From positions 96,001 through 160,000 of the forward strand of contig JAUVXW010000002.1 in the NCBI GenBank assembly GCA_030603385.1: 64,000 nucleotides of DNA. Reading direction: 5' to 3'. The stretch's first letter is position 1; each line of letters begins with the position of its first letter. The DNA comes from Promethearchaeota archaeon (GTDB lineage Archaea > Asgardarchaeota > Lokiarchaeia > Sigyniarchaeales > SOKP01). Shown here piece by piece: positions 19,820 through 30,576 of the stretch. A program made the position numbers and the translations under genes. Under the pieces are notes generated by a model. The model was not told the DNA's origin, made no database searches, and saw only the letters and a list, made by a program, of their open reading frames with translations.

Positions 19820-20607
19820 GTAATTACACCTTGATATATTGATTGCAAATTTAATATAAAAATCATAAAAACCATGATTACACTGAAAAGAGTAAAAAAA
19901 CTTAAATCAATTAATGTAAATTTTTTAGGAGCAAATGTTATTTTACCTGTAAAACCTCGCATTTTCAAACTTTCGTATAGTTTTTCACTTTTCTCCATAT
20001 TTATTACAATACTCTTTCCCATAATAAAAGCGTGTGATTTTAATTTCTGATAATATGATGCGATATTTTTACCACGCATTTCTTGTGCTTCTAGTATCTT
20101 TCTATTTGAGTTTGCTAAGATTGGAATATAATGCAACATAATTATTAAGGATCCTACAAAAATGGATGGGATTCTTAACTTTGTTAAAGCTTCTATGAAT
20201 TCAGAATAAGTTAAAGTTGAGAAAAAGGACATAAATACAAATAATGCCCCAAGAACTCTTAAAATTGTTAGAGAAGCTAAAATTAATCCTTCCTTAAAAA
20301 TTGTTATCGTAATTCCCATATTGAATTGATAAAGAACAATATCTCCAACGTATAAAGGAATGAATATCGTTAGTAGAAATATAAAGGGAATGACTATTCT
20401 TAATCTTGAGAGTATTTCTATTATGTTTAATCTAAATATTAAATCAATAATAAAAATAATTAATAGAATAGAAACTATCAGATAAATATCATCTATAATG
20501 ATAAAAGGTATTACAAAAATAAACGGTAAAATTAAACGAGTTAAAGGGTGACTTTTTTTTAAATAAATTTTCTCATCTTCAAGTCTAAAAGGTAAGTTTA
20601 TCTTCAA
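19804..20607 (-). CDS. ECF transporter T component (NikQ/CbiQ type)
   Basis: Hydrophobic; AQEMRG and SLKMRGF motifs. Confidence 0.9.
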   Translation of the reverse strand: MKINLPFRLEDEKIYLKKSHPLTRLILPFIFVIPFIIIDDIYLIVSILLIIFIIDLIFRLNIIEILSRLRIVIPFIFLLTIFIPLYVGDIVLYQFNMGITITIFKEGLILASLTILRVLGALFVFMSFFSTLTYSEFIEALTKLRIPSIFVGSLIIMLHYIPILANSNRKILEAQEMRGKNIASYYQKLKSHAFIMGKSIVINMEKSEKLYESLKMRGFTGKITFAPKKFTLIDLSFFTLFSVIMVFMIFILNLQSIYQGVITLFLP

Positions 20608-20651
20608 AATTTAATCAACTTAACAAAAAATTTAAACAATTCAATCCGTCT

Positions 20652-20720
20652 TTTTCATACTTTTTTTTAAAAAAAGTAATATTTAATAATTTTCATACTT
20701 TTTTATAATATAGTAACATT
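20652..20720. promoter_or_regulatory. Tandem operator-like repeats between divergent ECF genes
   Basis: TTTCATAC-N15-GTAAT and TTTCATAC-N14-GTAAC. Confidence 0.45.
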
Positions 20721-20763
20721 TTAATATATCATTACAAAAAAAATTAACTATTGTGTTTTAAAA

Positions 20764-21783
20764 ATGCATATACCAGATGGTTTATTAAATCCAACCACAA
20801 TTATTTTCCTTTGGGTTATTGTTATAGTGGTAATGATTCTTGGATATTTTAAAATAGGGAAAATCTTTGAGAAAGAAGATTCTGAAAAATTAGTTCCCTA
20901 TATTGGAGTATTGGCAGCAGTTATTTTTGCATTTCAATTTGTTAACTATCCTGTTCCTGGAGGAACTTCTGGTCATTTAATTGGAGGAACACTTATTGCT
21001 ATTATATTGGGACCATGGGCTTCTGTTATAATTCTCTTCTTGGTTTTAGTTGTACAGAGCTTATTTGGAGATGGAGGAATTCTTGCCATGGGAGCAAATG
21101 CTTTCAATATGGGAATAATTGGGGGAATAGTTGGATTCTATATTGTTGTATTTATTGTAAAAATCTTAAATAAAACATCTATTAGAAAAGAATTAAAAGT
21201 TTCTATTGCAACAGCGATTGGTGCGTATATTTCTATCATTTTAGCTGCGTTTATATGTGCTATTGAATTAGGTGTTTCTGGAGCAGTCCCTTATGGGATA
21301 GCAATTCCTGCAATGGTTTATTGGCACCTTTTGATTGGCATTGGTGAAGCAATTATATCTTCTTTAATAATATTCTATATTTATAGAGTGAAACCAGATC
21401 TTATTACAACAGAACCAATAATGATGAATAAAGTTATACTTATCAATATTTCTAAATATAAAAGACCTATTACTTCAACATTAGCTGTTACTGGGTTATT
21501 AATGCTGATGATAGCAGTTGGATTCACTATTGGGATATTATCTGGTGCGCCAGATGGATTAGAACGTGTATTGATCGATCAAAATGGTGAATCATGGTTA
21601 GATAATTTAGCATCTCCGTGGATACCTCTATTAAGTTGGATTACAAATGATTATGGTGCCGCAATTATAGGTATTGTTATTTCTATTCTTATAATATCTT
21701 CTACTTTCTACTTAATCATCCGATATAAAAAAAAGAATACAAATAATTCGTCTGCTTCTCACGATTTAATGAAAAATGCATGA
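20764..21783 (+). CDS. ECF substrate component NikM/CbiM fused to NikN-like (PDGLE) domain
   Basis: MHIPDG N-terminus, GTSGHLIG, PDGLE. Confidence 0.92.
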   Translation: MHIPDGLLNPTTIIFLWVIVIVVMILGYFKIGKIFEKEDSEKLVPYIGVLAAVIFAFQFVNYPVPGGTSGHLIGGTLIAIILGPWASVIILFLVLVVQSLFGDGGILAMGANAFNMGIIGGIVGFYIVVFIVKILNKTSIRKELKVSIATAIGAYISIILAAFICAIELGVSGAVPYGIAIPAMVYWHLLIGIGEAIISSLIIFYIYRVKPDLITTEPIMMNKVILINISKYKRPITSTLAVTGLLMLMIAVGFTIGILSGAPDGLERVLIDQNGESWLDNLASPWIPLLSWITNDYGAAIIGIVISILIISSTFYLIIRYKKKNTNNSSASHDLMKNA

Positions 21784-21957
21784 TCTTAATTTGAATTGTG
21801 GTTCTTAGGTTTCATTTCTATCTTTCTTTTTTTTATTTTTAATAATTAATAAGATATTATTGAATAATTTAGAGCCCTATATTCAACTTTAAAATATCTA
21901 AATTAATTAATAAGAAAATTCTTGTTAATATAATAAAATTTACTTTAATTTCCTTCG

Positions 21958-22554
21958 ATGAATTTAATATTTTTTATTAAATCTGGAACAGTTAATCTCG
22001 ATAACTATACTATTAAAGATATTCCAGGGTCTTCTGGCAGATTAGATGTAATTTCAAGGTGTATTCTAGCGGCTATACTAAGTACAGGAGATTTTGAAAA
22101 AAAAATTCAAATTTGGGTCTTTTTAGACAATTATGGTACATTCGTTTTTAACCCAGAATTATTAGATTATAGAAATTTTCCTAAAACTGAATTAATGTTA
22201 ACAGACCATTTTGTAACCTTCCTATTAAAATCAAATTTAGGAGAAAAACCAAATTATAATCCACTTAATTCTGTTATAACATCAAACATGAGTATTATAG
22301 AAGCTATAAAAAAATTTCAAAAAATAAATTATAGGATATTTGCTTTAAAAGAAGATGGTAATGATTTTTTCAAGGTAAAAAGCAAAATTCAAGAGAAGAG
22401 GGAGATCTTATTTATTATTGGTAGTCAGGAAGATGAATTTCTTAATTCAAAGGAATTATTAGCATTAAAAATTCCAACCATAAGTATTGGAAATCAATCA
22501 TATTTAGCTTCTTCAGTTATTAGGTTGTTGAAATTACACATATTATTATTATAA
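21958..22554 (+). CDS. trmY: tRNA (pseudouridine54-N1)-methyltransferase TrmY-like
   Basis: DIPGSSGRLDVISRC and a SPOUT-type C-terminus. Confidence 0.8.
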   Translation: MNLIFFIKSGTVNLDNYTIKDIPGSSGRLDVISRCILAAILSTGDFEKKIQIWVFLDNYGTFVFNPELLDYRNFPKTELMLTDHFVTFLLKSNLGEKPNYNPLNSVITSNMSIIEAIKKFQKINYRIFALKEDGNDFFKVKSKIQEKREILFIIGSQEDEFLNSKELLALKIPTISIGNQSYLASSVIRLLKLHILLL

Positions 22555-22625
22555 TAAATTTTTTATTAGAGAGAAATTTTAAAAATATTAATCTAAATTA
22601 TAGGATTTTAGGATTCAAAAAGGAA

Positions 22626-23321
22626 TTGAATGAGATAGAAGATTCAAATAAAAGAGCTCGACAGAGAGAATTTTCAAGTAGATTTATTAATCGCCCAGTG
22701 GAATTTTTAATTAAACATAATATTACACCTAATAAGATTTCTTATATAGGATTCATCTGTTCAATAGTTGCATCATTATTAATTGCGATATTTGGATTGT
22801 ATTTTTCTGTATGGCTTTCTTGGATTATTCCTTCTATAATGGGAATAGGTGGTGCTATGGATTTATTTGATGGAGAAGTAGCAAGAAGAACAGATAAAGA
22901 AACTCAAACTGGTGCATTTTTAGATTCGAATTTAGATAGACTTTCTGATGCTATTTGTGTTTTGGGTTTAATTTATGGAGGTTTGCTAAACTATTTATTA
23001 GGTTATATTATTTTATTTTTAGTTATTATGATTTCTTATGTACGTTCAAGAGCTGAAAATGAGGGTGTTAATATGAAAGGAATCGGTTTTATGGAACGAG
23101 CTGAACGGGTCCTATTTTTACTTTTTGCTATAATTGGAGAACTAATATTTTATTTTGTAACATCCCTTTCATTAGGTAAACCTATAACAATTGCTATCCC
23201 TTTTATCACTAGAGTAGCAGTCACACCAGTTTTTCTTATCAGCATAATCATTTATACTTTTACCTTAATTTATACGGTCCTACAAAGATTAAGTTATACT
23301 TTTAAGAATTTAGACAGCTAA
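22626..23321 (+). CDS. CDP-alcohol phosphatidyltransferase
   Basis: DLFDGEVARR...GAFLDSNLDRLSD, SYVRSRAE. Confidence 0.93.
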   Translation: MNEIEDSNKRARQREFSSRFINRPVEFLIKHNITPNKISYIGFICSIVASLLIAIFGLYFSVWLSWIIPSIMGIGGAMDLFDGEVARRTDKETQTGAFLDSNLDRLSDAICVLGLIYGGLLNYLLGYIILFLVIMISYVRSRAENEGVNMKGIGFMERAERVLFLLFAIIGELIFYFVTSLSLGKPITIAIPFITRVAVTPVFLISIIIYTFTLIYTVLQRLSYTFKNLDS

Positions 23322-23484
23322 AATCCAAATCATACTAAGATATAGTCAAATCTATAAAATTTTTTACCTCCTATTCATTTTCGAAATTTACTATGCTTAA
23401 GGATAAATTTTTTAAGTTTTATCTAATTCAATTTCATTAGAGATATTAAAAATAATAAGATAAAATTAAAACTAGCTGATTTAT

Positions 23485-23757
23485 ATTCCGAAAAAAAGAA
23501 AAAGTGGCGGAAAAACAGGAAGCCGGAAGGGCCAGGATCATAAAGTTCAATGCTATAAATGTGGTCGATTTGTTGCTCGTAGTAAAGCTAAAGCTGTTAC
23601 AAGAAGAACATCTTTAGTTGATGGTAGAATGTATGCTGAATTAAAAAAAGCAGGTACAATAATAATGGGTTCTTCTTCGACTAAATACTACTGTATTAGC
23701 TGCGCAATTCACAGCCATCAAATAAGCCAACGAGATAAAAGTTTAAGAAAACAATAA
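23485..23757 (+). CDS. rps26e: Ribosomal protein S26e (ATT start; absent from ORF track)
   Basis: (I)PKKRKSGGKTGSRKGQDHKVQCYKCGRFVARSKAK...KYYCISCAIHSHQISQRDKSLRKQ*. Confidence 0.95.
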   Translation: MPKKRKSGGKTGSRKGQDHKVQCYKCGRFVARSKAKAVTRRTSLVDGRMYAELKKAGTIIMGSSSTKYYCISCAIHSHQISQRDKSLRKQ

Positions 23758-23809
23758 CAGTTATAAAGTTAACTTTATTTTTTATTGCTTTTTTTGACAG
23801 AAAAACTTT

Positions 23810-25801
23810 TCACAAATTCAATTGTTTAAAGAAAGTTGGAAGAGTATAGTTAATCTTAACTTGATTTTTTTGAGTAGTTTCAATAATAGCGCGGATTAAA
23901 TAATCGTTTTTCAAATCTTCATCAGGTTCATAAATTTTTACTTTTGCTGTCGGTTTTATTTTGAGAGTATAATTTTCTGCTATTCCAGTAACATTTTCAT
24001 TTGTCTTTACTATAACTCCTAATAAACCTAATTCATAATGAGACACTATAAAAAGTATTTGGTTTTGATTACTAGAGCTTTTTTCAAAATAGACTACTTC
24101 AAGGAAATCTTCTTTAAGTTCTTTAGGTAATTTTGAAAAGGGGATAACTTTCTTCTTCCCGGTGATATAAGGGAATGGTGTATAAAATAATTGATTAAAA
24201 CTTGAGATTTTTTTTATTTGTTCATTATATTTTTCCACATCTTTAATTGAATATGCCTTATCTAATAAAAGATCCAACTTATCAACCATATCTTCTGCTG
24301 AATAACCGGCTAATACGGTGGCAATATATGATCTCTTGAGTTTCTCAATTAAAATTTCGCTTTTTAATGTCAATTTATAATCAATAGAGACTTCTAATGC
24401 TTGATTATATAAATTTGCCGCAATTTGAGAATGTCCTAAAGCTAAGAAGTAATCACCGAGTTCACTAAATACTATAATAGCATCAAGAAAGTTTTCATCT
24501 AGATCCATGTTTGAAATTTCTTCCATTATTAGCATTGCTGTTTCTTTATCTTCACCTTGCATGTATAGAGCTATAGCTTTTCCTATTAAACATTTTAATT
24601 TTAATCTGTCATCTTCATAAATTTCTGCTAACTCCTCGGTAAAGTTGTATTGCATGATTGCATTTCTATACAATCCGTGAAAAATGTAGATTAAAGCTTT
24701 AACATAATTAAGAGTTAAACATGTTTTATGATTATGGATAATTGTTGAAAATAAAGCTGCTCTATCAAGTGAGCTGATAGCCGAATTAATTCTACCAAGT
24801 GATACTAATAAAAATGCTCGTAAAAACTCCATTTTGCTGATCTCTGAGCAAATAAGTTGTTCAACGACTTCATAATCTTTAGTTTTTGTTAACTGCCCTG
24901 ACGCAACTTGAAGTAACGATATTAAAAACCTATTTCCCTTTTTCAAATGTTTTACTGCTTCTTTTGATTCACTTTTTACGATAGCGTCTTTTGCTCTGTT
25001 CATGTATTCTCTAGAAATTTTTAAATTCTCAAGGAATTTTATAATACCCAGTACTTGCTCTTCTTCACTCTTGGGGAGATCTTGGTTAGTGATAAACTTT
25101 TCAGCAATATTAATCTCTTCTAAATACCTAGAGGCACCAATTTCAAATTTCATACCAACATCTGGGTTCTCTAATTCAACATCTTGCGTCAATATCGAGT
25201 CTTCGGTAACCGTAATTGCTTTTTCAATTAGCCAAGTAATCTTTTGTTCAGCAGGATAGGTTTTAGAACGTTCAATCATATAGGATAATGTATAATTTAG
25301 ACTTCTCTTCCAAATATCTTTGAAATATTTTCTCATTTGAGAATTAGTGGTTGTTCTCTGTATCTTTAGAAGGAAACTCGAAAGAGATAATATATTAATT
25401 CTTCCTTTGTAGAGTAAGCTAGTATTTTTTACAAGCTTAAAATCGTCTGTTACTAGGTGAATAGGAAAGGATTCTCCATCATCTATTAAATTTTTCGCAA
25501 TGTAAACCAATGAAAGATCTGGATCCTGGGCGGGAAATCTTATGTTATATGGAATGAGATCATTCTTTATATCATCAATTTCTATAGGTAATATCTCTTT
25601 TACATTCAACATTTGCCGTAGTTTGTCTTTATAGGTGTGCGGAGCTTTTATTTCATTAAATACTACTTCAGAGATATAATATTCATAACCTAACTCTTTC
25701 GCTGCTTTTTCTAAATTTCCTAAAATATTTCGAGCTCTAATTTGAAGCATACAAATGAAGAAATTAGCATCAAATACAACGTATTCTTTTTTGTCGGGCA
25801 T
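23810..25801 (-). CDS. PIN-domain + TPR/helical-repeat protein
   Basis: VVFDANFFI, SEVVFNE, QDPDLSL, LVTDDFKL; TPR-like helices downstream. Confidence 0.7.
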   Translation of the reverse strand: MPDKKEYVVFDANFFICMLQIRARNILGNLEKAAKELGYEYYISEVVFNEIKAPHTYKDKLRQMLNVKEILPIEIDDIKNDLIPYNIRFPAQDPDLSLVYIAKNLIDDGESFPIHLVTDDFKLVKNTSLLYKGRINILSLSSFLLKIQRTTTNSQMRKYFKDIWKRSLNYTLSYMIERSKTYPAEQKITWLIEKAITVTEDSILTQDVELENPDVGMKFEIGASRYLEEINIAEKFITNQDLPKSEEEQVLGIIKFLENLKISREYMNRAKDAIVKSESKEAVKHLKKGNRFLISLLQVASGQLTKTKDYEVVEQLICSEISKMEFLRAFLLVSLGRINSAISSLDRAALFSTIIHNHKTCLTLNYVKALIYIFHGLYRNAIMQYNFTEELAEIYEDDRLKLKCLIGKAIALYMQGEDKETAMLIMEEISNMDLDENFLDAIIVFSELGDYFLALGHSQIAANLYNQALEVSIDYKLTLKSEILIEKLKRSYIATVLAGYSAEDMVDKLDLLLDKAYSIKDVEKYNEQIKKISSFNQLFYTPFPYITGKKKVIPFSKLPKELKEDFLEVVYFEKSSSNQNQILFIVSHYELGLLGVIVKTNENVTGIAENYTLKIKPTAKVKIYEPDEDLKNDYLIRAIIETTQKNQVKINYTLPTFFKQLNL

Positions 25802-25949
25802 CTGCGCTCGATAGTATTTTGAATTCTACATAAAAATCTTAATTAAATAAATATATATTAAATAGTAAAATATTATAATGTTTTTTTATTGCTAAGAATA
25901 AAAATAATTAAGAAAACTTGAATTTTATTTGTAGATTAAATTTACAAAT

Positions 25950-26465
25950 GTGGTTATTATTAGAATTATTGATGTTATAGGATATTCTGGCACGGGGAAG
26001 ACATACTTTATTAAGAATGCGATAAAATTGTTCAAAGACAGGTTGGGTAATAACGTTACAGTAATTAAAAATATTAAACACCATCAAATTGATAAGAAAG
26101 GAAAGGATTCCCATATATTCACAGAATCTGGAGCATCTTATTCAATAATTCAAAACCTCAATAAAGAAATGGCTATTTTTTTAAATGCAGAAGAGATTAG
26201 ATTAGACGAATTTATTAATTGGTTGGATCGAGGTCCTTATGAAATTGATATAATGTTTACTGAAGGATTTAGGGATTTGAACCATCCCACAGTTCTATGT
26301 ATAAGCAACATAGATGAGATTGAACCTCAATTAACAGATAACGTGAAAATGATTTCTGGAATTATTTGTGGAAAAAATGTTATTGAAAACATAACTTTGG
26401 GTGTACCTATTATTAATATAGAAGAAGACTTTCAGAGATTTTTAGAAATTTTTAATATAACATAA
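25950..26465 (+). CDS. mobB: Molybdopterin-guanine dinucleotide biosynthesis protein MobB
   Basis: GYSGTGKT, IDKKGKDSH, TEGFR. Confidence 0.88.
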   Translation: MVIIRIIDVIGYSGTGKTYFIKNAIKLFKDRLGNNVTVIKNIKHHQIDKKGKDSHIFTESGASYSIIQNLNKEMAIFLNAEEIRLDEFINWLDRGPYEIDIMFTEGFRDLNHPTVLCISNIDEIEPQLTDNVKMISGIICGKNVIENITLGVPIINIEEDFQRFLEIFNIT

Positions 26466-26467
26466 GA

Positions 26468-28390
26468 TTATGCAAATTTTTTCCAAAAAGGAGCAATTTG
26501 TTGACAAACAAACTTAAAATCTTTTATTGTTTGCTCATCTTCAATATCTGATATGAAAAATTCACTTAATTTTTCGTATACGTCGATCTCATTTAAGGAT
26601 CTAACAGCGTTTTTAATATTTAAGATAAAATTATTTAATGGAATAATTATTTCATAAATTAGCCATTCTTCGAAAAAGGGTTGATCTGAAAATGATTGAA
26701 TATTATAAGTGATCATAATTTGCAATAGCTCTTCATCAGAGTAAAAATGTTCATCTGAAATCATAATGTTATACTTTTCCATTTCCTTCTTAAGATATTC
26801 TTTATTTAAACTAATTATATAGTCAGGCCATACATCATCTGAGTAGTTTATATCTTGGAAAACAAATAACTCTAATACTCTTAGAGCAATATTTTTACCA
26901 ATATAACGACTCCGGGGATCGATAAAGTTTGAAGAAGCATCATCTGGATTAGATCTAAGAAAAATCTTATCTATTAAAACATAAAGAATTCTACAAATAT
27001 GATCAACAATTTTATTGAATGAGAAAGGTGTATTCTCAGGATTTTCAGAAAGGATGGTATTTTCTTTATCAAGTTTCATTGAAAAATCTGTATTGAAGCT
27101 CTTTAAAAAAGTTTTAAAAAAGCCATAGTTAAGCTCTGATATATTTTTATTAAATAATTTATGAAAAAATAGATCAATGTTTTTAATATTTGATAAAGTA
27201 GAGAAGAAGTCGAGAAATTCTTTTATATTATTAATCGAATTAGCACTAATAACATCTTCAATATTCTTATTATGATTATTCAAATTAGTTTTAAACTTAT
27301 TAGGTAAGAAAAGTAAATCTCCTATTTCTAACGCTTCTAAGCCACTTCCAAAATAATATTTCATATATAGAAAGAATAAGTTTAATTGAGATTTCGGAGA
27401 TGGGAGGTTATTTGCTTGAAATGTTGAATAAAGGGTTGATTTTTTATCAAGATAATTAAAAAATTTAAGTAGAGAATTCTTTTTAGTTTCACTATAATCG
27501 TCCAGATTGGCTAAAAATCCTTTCTTTATAATATCAATTTTAGAAAAGATAGAATCTTCTACTCTAGATCCAACAAAATTAAAGAAGTCTAACAGAGGTG
27601 AAAAACTTTCTAGCAAAATGCATTTTTTGTAAAAATAATAAAGTAAATCAACCAATTTCTCCTTAGCATATATATATTCATCTAAAGCTGTTTGATATAA
27701 CTTTTCTCTTCCTTCTAGTAATATTTTATAATATTTTTCAGGAATGCCTTTAAATCGTCTTAAGAAGTAATAGAGGACCATGTTATAATATTTGTGGAAA
27801 ATTTCATCCTTACTATCCTTTATGATAATCATAAAATTTAGAGTTTCACTATTATTACCTTTCTCAACTTTAACACCATCAAGTAAAATAAAGATTTTTT
27901 CTTGAATTGTCTTTCTAATCACTATTCCTAAGATTCTAACAATGAAATAAAAGTAACCAGTAGGAAATGTAAATCCATTAAGAAGTTCCCCCTCAAAATC
28001 TTTGGAAGTCTTATCAAAATAGTCAATTTCTTCAGAGGATAGGAAATAATTATATTCTAAAAATAAAAATTTCTCAGAGATTTTCTCTTTTATGATTAAT
28101 TCTAATGAGCTCTCGTTAAATCCAAAAAAAAATTGTAGAAAATATCTAAAGAAATCATGAAAATTTTCATAGAAAAAAGTTGTAAAGGTTTTTTTTATTA
28201 CTCTTTTTTGGTTCTTTTGATTAAATTCATCCCATCTTAACCTTATATCATCTTGAAAGTCTTTAAATTTCTCTTTTTTCCTTTCTAATATTTCCAAAAA
28301 CACATTTGTCTCAAATCTTAGGCCAAAATCTTGACCTTTAATTTTTTCTTCTAGGAAATCTAAGATATCGCTTAGTTTTTTGTTAACCAA
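26468..28390 (-). CDS. Hypothetical protein (640 aa)
   Basis: Long ORF with no recognisable family. Confidence 0.75.
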   Translation of the reverse strand: MVNKKLSDILDFLEEKIKGQDFGLRFETNVFLEILERKKEKFKDFQDDIRLRWDEFNQKNQKRVIKKTFTTFFYENFHDFFRYFLQFFFGFNESSLELIIKEKISEKFLFLEYNYFLSSEEIDYFDKTSKDFEGELLNGFTFPTGYFYFIVRILGIVIRKTIQEKIFILLDGVKVEKGNNSETLNFMIIIKDSKDEIFHKYYNMVLYYFLRRFKGIPEKYYKILLEGREKLYQTALDEYIYAKEKLVDLLYYFYKKCILLESFSPLLDFFNFVGSRVEDSIFSKIDIIKKGFLANLDDYSETKKNSLLKFFNYLDKKSTLYSTFQANNLPSPKSQLNLFFLYMKYYFGSGLEALEIGDLLFLPNKFKTNLNNHNKNIEDVISANSINNIKEFLDFFSTLSNIKNIDLFFHKLFNKNISELNYGFFKTFLKSFNTDFSMKLDKENTILSENPENTPFSFNKIVDHICRILYVLIDKIFLRSNPDDASSNFIDPRSRYIGKNIALRVLELFVFQDINYSDDVWPDYIISLNKEYLKKEMEKYNIMISDEHFYSDEELLQIMITYNIQSFSDQPFFEEWLIYEIIIPLNNFILNIKNAVRSLNEIDVYEKLSEFFISDIEDEQTIKDFKFVCQQIAPFWKKFA

Positions 28391-28540
28391 ATTTAATCAT
28401 TTATTTATTCAATCTCAATATATATTCGAAACTATATAACCCTAAAAAAATAAAGTTAATTATTAATAAAATAAAAATATGAAAATAAAAATATTGGTTA
28501 ATGATAGAATTGTACTAAAATAGGTCCATTTTGTTATAAT

Positions 28541-29569
28541 TTAAAAAATTTTTGTTATCTCATCAGTTTCAGAATAAAATAATGGATTTAACTTTCCATC
28601 ATTCTCTTTAATCATCAAACCTTTCTCTTTATTGATGAAATTGCCAATTTTTTCAGCATTAATTTGATTGTTTCTCAATAAATCAATTAAGTCCTGACTT
28701 AAATCATCATCTATAGCAATTAATAGTGATCCTGATGAAATGGTACCCATAGGCTCCAAATCAAAAATTTTACTTAATATTGAAGGTTCAGGGAGAATAG
28801 TAACCTTTTCTCTTTCAATTAATATTCCTGTATTTGATGCGATGGCCATTTCAGCGAGGCCCGTAGCGAGTCCCCCTTCAGTTGGATCATGAAAGGCTTT
28901 AATATTAAAGCTTTTATTAGCCAATAATGCTTCTTTAAATACACTTATTCCTGGTTCGTAAAGATATTTCTTACATTTTTCTATAAAAGTTGAATTAAGT
29001 CCCTTTTCTTTGAGCTTACTTTCTCTTTCACGACTAATTATTGAAGTCCCCTCAATAAAAATACCTTTTGTGAGAATTATTGCATCCCCTAGCTCTGCTC
29101 CAGATGTTCGAACAAGTTTTTCTTTTTCAACCTCTCCTAATAAAGAACCAATTACCATTGGCCTATCAAGTTTAGGTGTAATTTCCGTATGTCCCCCGAT
29201 TACAGCTATTCCCATAGATTTACAAGTATCATGAATATCTTTAAATATCTTCTCAATTAGGCTATTCGTTGTATTTTTTTGAGGTAATAAAATTGTTGCC
29301 TGGAACCATTTAGGTTTAGCTCCAGTGCAAACAACATCATTAACATTAACATGTACGACATAATACCCAATTTGATCAGTAGCAAAAGTAATTGGATCAG
29401 TTTTAGCAACTAAATAGTTATTACCGGGTATGTCAATAACAGCAGCATCTTCTCCAATTTTAGAGCCTAATACTACTCTATCGTCATTAATTTCTAAATT
29501 TGAAAGTAGTTTAACTAAATATTCATGTTTAAGCTTCCCAAGAGCAAATTTTTTACTATTTCTTCTCAT
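28541..29569 (-). CDS. AIR synthase/HypE-like family protein
   Basis: IGEDAAV, KTDPIT, NVNDV, IGGHTE, HDPTEGGL. Confidence 0.9.
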   Translation of the reverse strand: MRRNSKKFALGKLKHEYLVKLLSNLEINDDRVVLGSKIGEDAAVIDIPGNNYLVAKTDPITFATDQIGYYVVHVNVNDVVCTGAKPKWFQATILLPQKNTTNSLIEKIFKDIHDTCKSMGIAVIGGHTEITPKLDRPMVIGSLLGEVEKEKLVRTSGAELGDAIILTKGIFIEGTSIISRERESKLKEKGLNSTFIEKCKKYLYEPGISVFKEALLANKSFNIKAFHDPTEGGLATGLAEMAIASNTGILIEREKVTILPEPSILSKIFDLEPMGTISSGSLLIAIDDDLSQDLIDLLRNNQINAEKIGNFINKEKGLMIKENDGKLNPLFYSETDEITKIF

Positions 29570-29942
29570 TAATTGGTCAATATAATAAGAGAAGATAAAT
29601 ATTTAAATTTTGGAGGTGTAATTTGAAATGTGATAATCGTCCATTTAATTCTCTTCTAACATTTTTAAAATATTAAAATAATTTCAATATATTTTTTTAG
29701 TGTGTTAGGGTAAAGTTGAATTTTAATACTATAAAGCCCTTATCCAAATGGATATTTAAGAATAATTTTAAATAGAAATTAATTAAATCTTTGATTTAGC
29801 AAGAAATTGAACATTGATTTCAAAAAACGTGAATTTGCCTTTTATCCTACACTAAAATTTAAAAATAAATTACATTTATATCATAATAAAATGCATTCTT
29901 AATCAAATATAATTAATAGAAAAGATCATTTAAAAAACGAGT

Positions 29943-30479
29943 TTGAAAAAAATGGGATTTGGAAAATCATTCTTATTAAGTTTAGTAGCTTTTATTGGAT
30001 TAAATTTTATAGTTTCAATATTGTATTTTGCATTAGATGTGGGATTTGATACTTTAATGGATAATATTCAAAATGCTCCTTTAATGATAATTTATTATCT
30101 TTTCGGTTCAGTTACGAGTGTGCCATCTAATAACATGGATTGGGCAATAGTTCAACCTCTTTTTAATGAAGACAATACCTTTTTGATACTCAGTTTGGGT
30201 TATCTAGTTGCACCGATAATCGCAGCTATTCTTGCTGGAAAATTTGCTGAAAGTAAATTTCAAGGTTTTGCGGGATGGCTATTAACTGTTATTGTTAGTA
30301 CAGTCGCAGTGGTTATCGGAGTGTTTTTAAGTCCAACTTTAGAATTAGAATTTGGTAAATTATTTTATAACTGGACTGGTTTTGAATTAATTCTAATATA
30401 TATTATAATTAGCTGTGTTGTAAATATTGTTTTTTACAGCTTCTTCGCATTACTAGTATCAAAAACAGAATACTATTGA
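29943..30479 (+). CDS. Hypothetical membrane protein (~4 TM)
   Basis: Hydrophobic segments. Confidence 0.75.
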   Translation: MKKMGFGKSFLLSLVAFIGLNFIVSILYFALDVGFDTLMDNIQNAPLMIIYYLFGSVTSVPSNNMDWAIVQPLFNEDNTFLILSLGYLVAPIIAAILAGKFAESKFQGFAGWLLTVIVSTVAVVIGVFLSPTLELEFGKLFYNWTGFELILIYIIISCVVNIVFYSFFALLVSKTEYY

Positions 30480-30576
30480 TTTCAATCATCAAAATTCAAT
30501 TTCTTTTTTTTTTTCTTGAAAATAGAATATAATCCTAATTATTTTGCCTATTGAATTAAAAAGAGAATTTAATTTA

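Noticed and set aside
23505-23545. CAGGAAGCCGGAAGGGCCAGG resembling SRP RNA helix 8
   Set aside because: It is coding sequence of rps26e (TGSRKGQD).
29611-29676. Strong GGAGGTG followed by a 17-codon TTG ORF or ATG-TGA
   Set aside because: Too short and no recognisable product; at most a gene remnant.
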